From: Octopus sinensis
Lineage: Eukaryota
Direction: 5' to 3'
Length of the DNA: 10,106 nucleotides
Assembly (NCBI RefSeq): GCF_006345805.1
Contig: NW_021827644.1
Span: forward strand, 1-10,106
Of the stretch, positions 7,424 to 10,106 are shown piece after piece (position 1 is the stretch's first letter; each line of letters begins with the position of its first letter). The notes beneath the pieces were generated by a model. The model was not told where the DNA came from. It saw only the letters and a list, made by a program, of their open reading frames with translations, and ran no database searches. Position numbers and translations under genes: made by a program.

Positions 7424-9208
7424 GACGTAATTATTTTTTTTACAATCAAGAACTAGTATATCAGATAAGGATTTGTAACAGAAAGCTGAATTTCGGTGAA
7501 AGAAACTCAACTGTTAGCTTATATTTTTAAACCCGGAAAAATAAAAGACATCCACATTAAATTCAAATCTCGACAGGATTTGAATGTACAGTGTAAAGGG
7601 ACATAACTAAGTCTATCAAGGTGCCTCTCCTGATTCTGTCAAATACCGTTTTTGAACCAAACCATCGCTCGGATAATATTTCATTTTTATTTGTTTTGTC
7701 CGGATGAAGGAGTATTGCTCACGACATTCATAGATCCTCCGAGACTAATTATTCTATTACCGTTTCTATTACCGTTTCTGCTAAGTCATACATCGATGAC
7801 AACAGGAAAAAACATAAATAGGCAGGAAATTCTAGAGGGTCGAGACTCTAAGATAAAAAAACTGGTTGCAGTCGTTACCGCCGAACCTAGGGATGGACAC
7901 AATATGGAGGATAAGAGGAAGAGAGAAGAGTGAATCAGTAGTGCATGAGACACACCAAAACCGAGGAACAGGGGACTTTGTATATGTGTTAGAGAAAGAA
8001 GACAGCATAGCTGTGAACCAGAGTTTGGAGTGTGTCAGTGAGGGATCATGATGACAATGAGTTAGACGTTGGAGTGTGTTCGGGACAGCATGTCCATGAC
8101 TCGGGAACAGTTATTGTTGACCTGCACTGCATTAACCATTAAGCAAAATTGGCACATGGTTAGGACATCAAGGAAAGGAGAGGGGTACCACAGAAATTGT
8201 AAATAATTTACGGCACAAAAGAAATCATTTTAAACTTGTTTAAATAATATTCGATCTGGTTTATATGATCAGAAATATCATTTCGAAGCGTTCATGTTGT
8301 CATAGTAAAGATCTGATCAAAGATTTTGCAAATAAAAAATGTAAAAACTTTTTTTAAATATAGAGTGAAAGTATACTAAAATAAACTTTATTTTTCATCT
8401 TATTGTTAGTTTTGTTTCATTTTGAAAAATAAAAATTTATTTTATAGTTTATTATTGTTAATGTTTTGAATTAGTTATATATGGAGGGATGCTGGCACTA
8501 AACTCTTTAAGTGCTTAGGACTTCTAGGGGTCTTAATCCGGCCTCGGTGTTGGCAACGAGACAGCATAACTGTGGGCCGAAGGTTGAAGTTAATGAAGAG
8601 ATAACATCCCTTCGGGTCAGAGTTTGGGGTGTCTTGGTGAAGCGACAACGTTTCTGTGAACTAGAGTTTCGAGTGTTTAGGTGAGGGAACAACATGCCTG
8701 TGTGCCGGTGGCTGGAGTGTCTTGGTGAGACCTTACGTTGGAATATAATTTTTGATGCAGTCTGGGATGTCTACCAGTGTTGTAGCAACATCGTCCCAGG
8801 TATCAGAGCACTGTACCAAAGTGAGCCTTACATGAGTTTAGAAAAGGTTTAGTAGTTGTTTTGTAGGACTGACATATTTTTTTGTCTTGAAGTGAAAGGC
8901 CAAACTTTGTTAAAACGTATTTTGCTAGAAGAGATTCTTACGAATGGTAACGCAAGTGTTTAAGACGCTTGCAAAGACCCTAGTTGAGAATGTTACTGTT
9001 TAAGAGGCCCTATAATGTTTTATTTAGACATTACTGTTAGGGTTCTTTTATACAGACTAAAAAATGTTATACATGGTAGTTATAAATGTGTGGGGATGAG
9101 TAAAGTTATAAAAAAACAAGGGATAGGCCAAATACATTTTACAATAAATAAATATTTAAAATATTATATAGACTCAAAATATTATATAGATAAACACTGA
9201 ATAAAAAA

Positions 9209-9335
9209 GATGATGATGATGATAATGATATTTTAAAATTTTGGAACCAGGTCTGCAATTTCGGGAAATGGGTATGTCGATGACATCGCAACTGGTACTT
9301 ATTTAATCGACTCCGAAAGGATGAAAGGCGAAGTC
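9209..9335 (-). mobile_element. Headless group A SINE (body, 3' end and ATC tail), minus strand
   Basis: Reverse complement reads gacttcgcctttcatcctttcggagtcgattaaataagtaccagttg...cgatgtcatcgac...gaaattgcagacctggttccaaaattt, then the (atc)n tail at 9209-9230. Confidence 0.75.
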
Positions 9336-9497
9336 AAATCCGCTGAGGTCGGCTTTGCCTTTCATCCTTTCAGGGTCGATAAATTAAGTACCAGTTAAGT
9401 AATGGGGTCCATGTAATCGACCATCCCTCTCCCCGCAGAATTTCAGGCCTTGTGTCTTATACTACTAGAAAGGATTATTATTATTATATTATTATTA

Positions 9498-9549
<52 letters not shown>
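9336..9549 (+). mobile_element. Headless group A SINE with an (ATT)n tail
   Basis: aaatccgctgaggtcggctttgcctttcatcctttcagggtcgataaattaagtaccagtt...gccttgtgtc...agaaaggattattatt is colinear with 2112-2277. Confidence 0.85.
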
Positions 9550-9561
9550 GTTGTTGTTGTT
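9474..9561. repeat. (ATT)n with two interruptions, then (GTT)4
   Basis: Directly visible. It explains the poly-Tyr and poly-Leu ORFs at 9450-9689. Confidence 0.95.
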
Positions 9562-9872
9562 ATGTTTTTTCCTTCTTCAAATTTTCTTCCGTTTCTCGCC
9601 GAGTGTTTCCCATACACCTAGGGCAGAGAAGGGCATTGTATGCATTCCCAAATTACACGCGCAAATTCAAAGATAAAATATGTATTTAAAGATTAATAAA
9701 TAAATAAATTCATGGATGGATGTTATTTTCACAGCGATAGTGCTCTTCTCAGTACATGAGCCGTTCCAGTTAATACGACTTTTTGCACTTCCTGTAGGGA
9801 TGGTAAGCCTGGAATCATTTTCAAATAGGTTTCAGTACCATTTTTTATCATTCCTAGAGATCCTACAATCAC
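9562..9872 (-). mobile_element. Short 5'-truncated R4/Dong-type element: RLE C-terminus with open frame, 3' UTR, and an (AAC)/(AAT)n tail
   Basis: 9872 to 9729 translates without a break as VIVGSLGMIKNGTETYLKMIPGLPSLQEVQKVVLTGTAHVLRRALSL*, matching the R4/Dong C-terminal pattern (IVGALG...IPG...LQK.ALLGTAHILR). About 170 nt of UTR follow, then the repeat tail. Confidence 0.85.
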
Positions 9873-10106
9873 TCCTTCGTAACACAGTGTAGGTAAAATG
9901 CACCGGAGTCTTTAGTCATCTGTCAAGTCACAACATGGACCTCAGACAGATGATACTTCCCTTTAGATGTGCGTTGTGCCCAATAAGGCTGCTTTTTGTA
10001 AGACACCAATATTGCATGGGACTACCGGATGCCTTAAGAAGTCTTGAAGTTTCAATGGGATTGAGTCCAACGTTCAGGTCACTACTGGTATCACTTTTAC
10101 ATTACA
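9873..10106 (-). pseudogene. 3' end of another R4/Dong-type element, running off the window edge
   Basis: 10106 to 9942 translates as CNVKVIPVVT*TLDSIPLKLQDFLRHPVVPCNIGVLQKAALLGTTHI*REVSSV*, with two premature stops, followed by ~70 nt of presumed 3' UTR. Confidence 0.8.

Noticed and set aside
8500-9000. Possible further Tx1-like remnant (gactgacata and ggccaaact echo 2959-2986)
   Set aside because: Only two short nucleotide matches and no convincing peptide colinearity; needs a translated search.
9158-9190. 15-bp direct repeat aaaatattatataga, and a 12-bp tandem repeat at 7752-7779
   Set aside because: Ordinary slippage duplications in AT-rich DNA; two units only, and not CRISPR-like or iteron-like.

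Overview
This is AT-rich, repeat-saturated animal genomic DNA. The SINE and LINE families I recognise from memory point to an octopus or other coleoid cephalopod; no database search was run. I find no intact host gene, and most listed ORFs are read-throughs of microsatellites. The window contains: (i) compound microsatellites (TA/CA, CTT x45, CAT/CAC, CAT/CGT, TAA x44, ATT/GTT); (ii) two minimal type I hammerhead ribozyme (HHR) folds on the minus strand (664-715, 1317-1354), one mutated plus-strand copy (860-907) that forms a ~300-bp foldback with the first, and one doubtful relic (7701-7745), all suggestive of Penelope-like or retrozyme repeats; (iii) six tRNA-derived SINE copies or fragments from two groups, including a headless head-to-head pair; (iv) a frameshifted L1/Tx1-type ORF2 3' remnant; (v) three R4/Dong-type restriction-like-endonuclease (RLE) retrotransposon remnants, all on the minus strand and none recovered as a recognisable protein in the ORF track. 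The oldest is ~2.1 kb and carries nested SINE and probable MITE insertions. The most interesting items are the inverted HHR pair, an HHR with a non-canonical core, and a SINE and a Dong element converging tail-to-tail on one TAA microsatellite. These are variations on known transposon and ribozyme biology, not a demonstrably new system.
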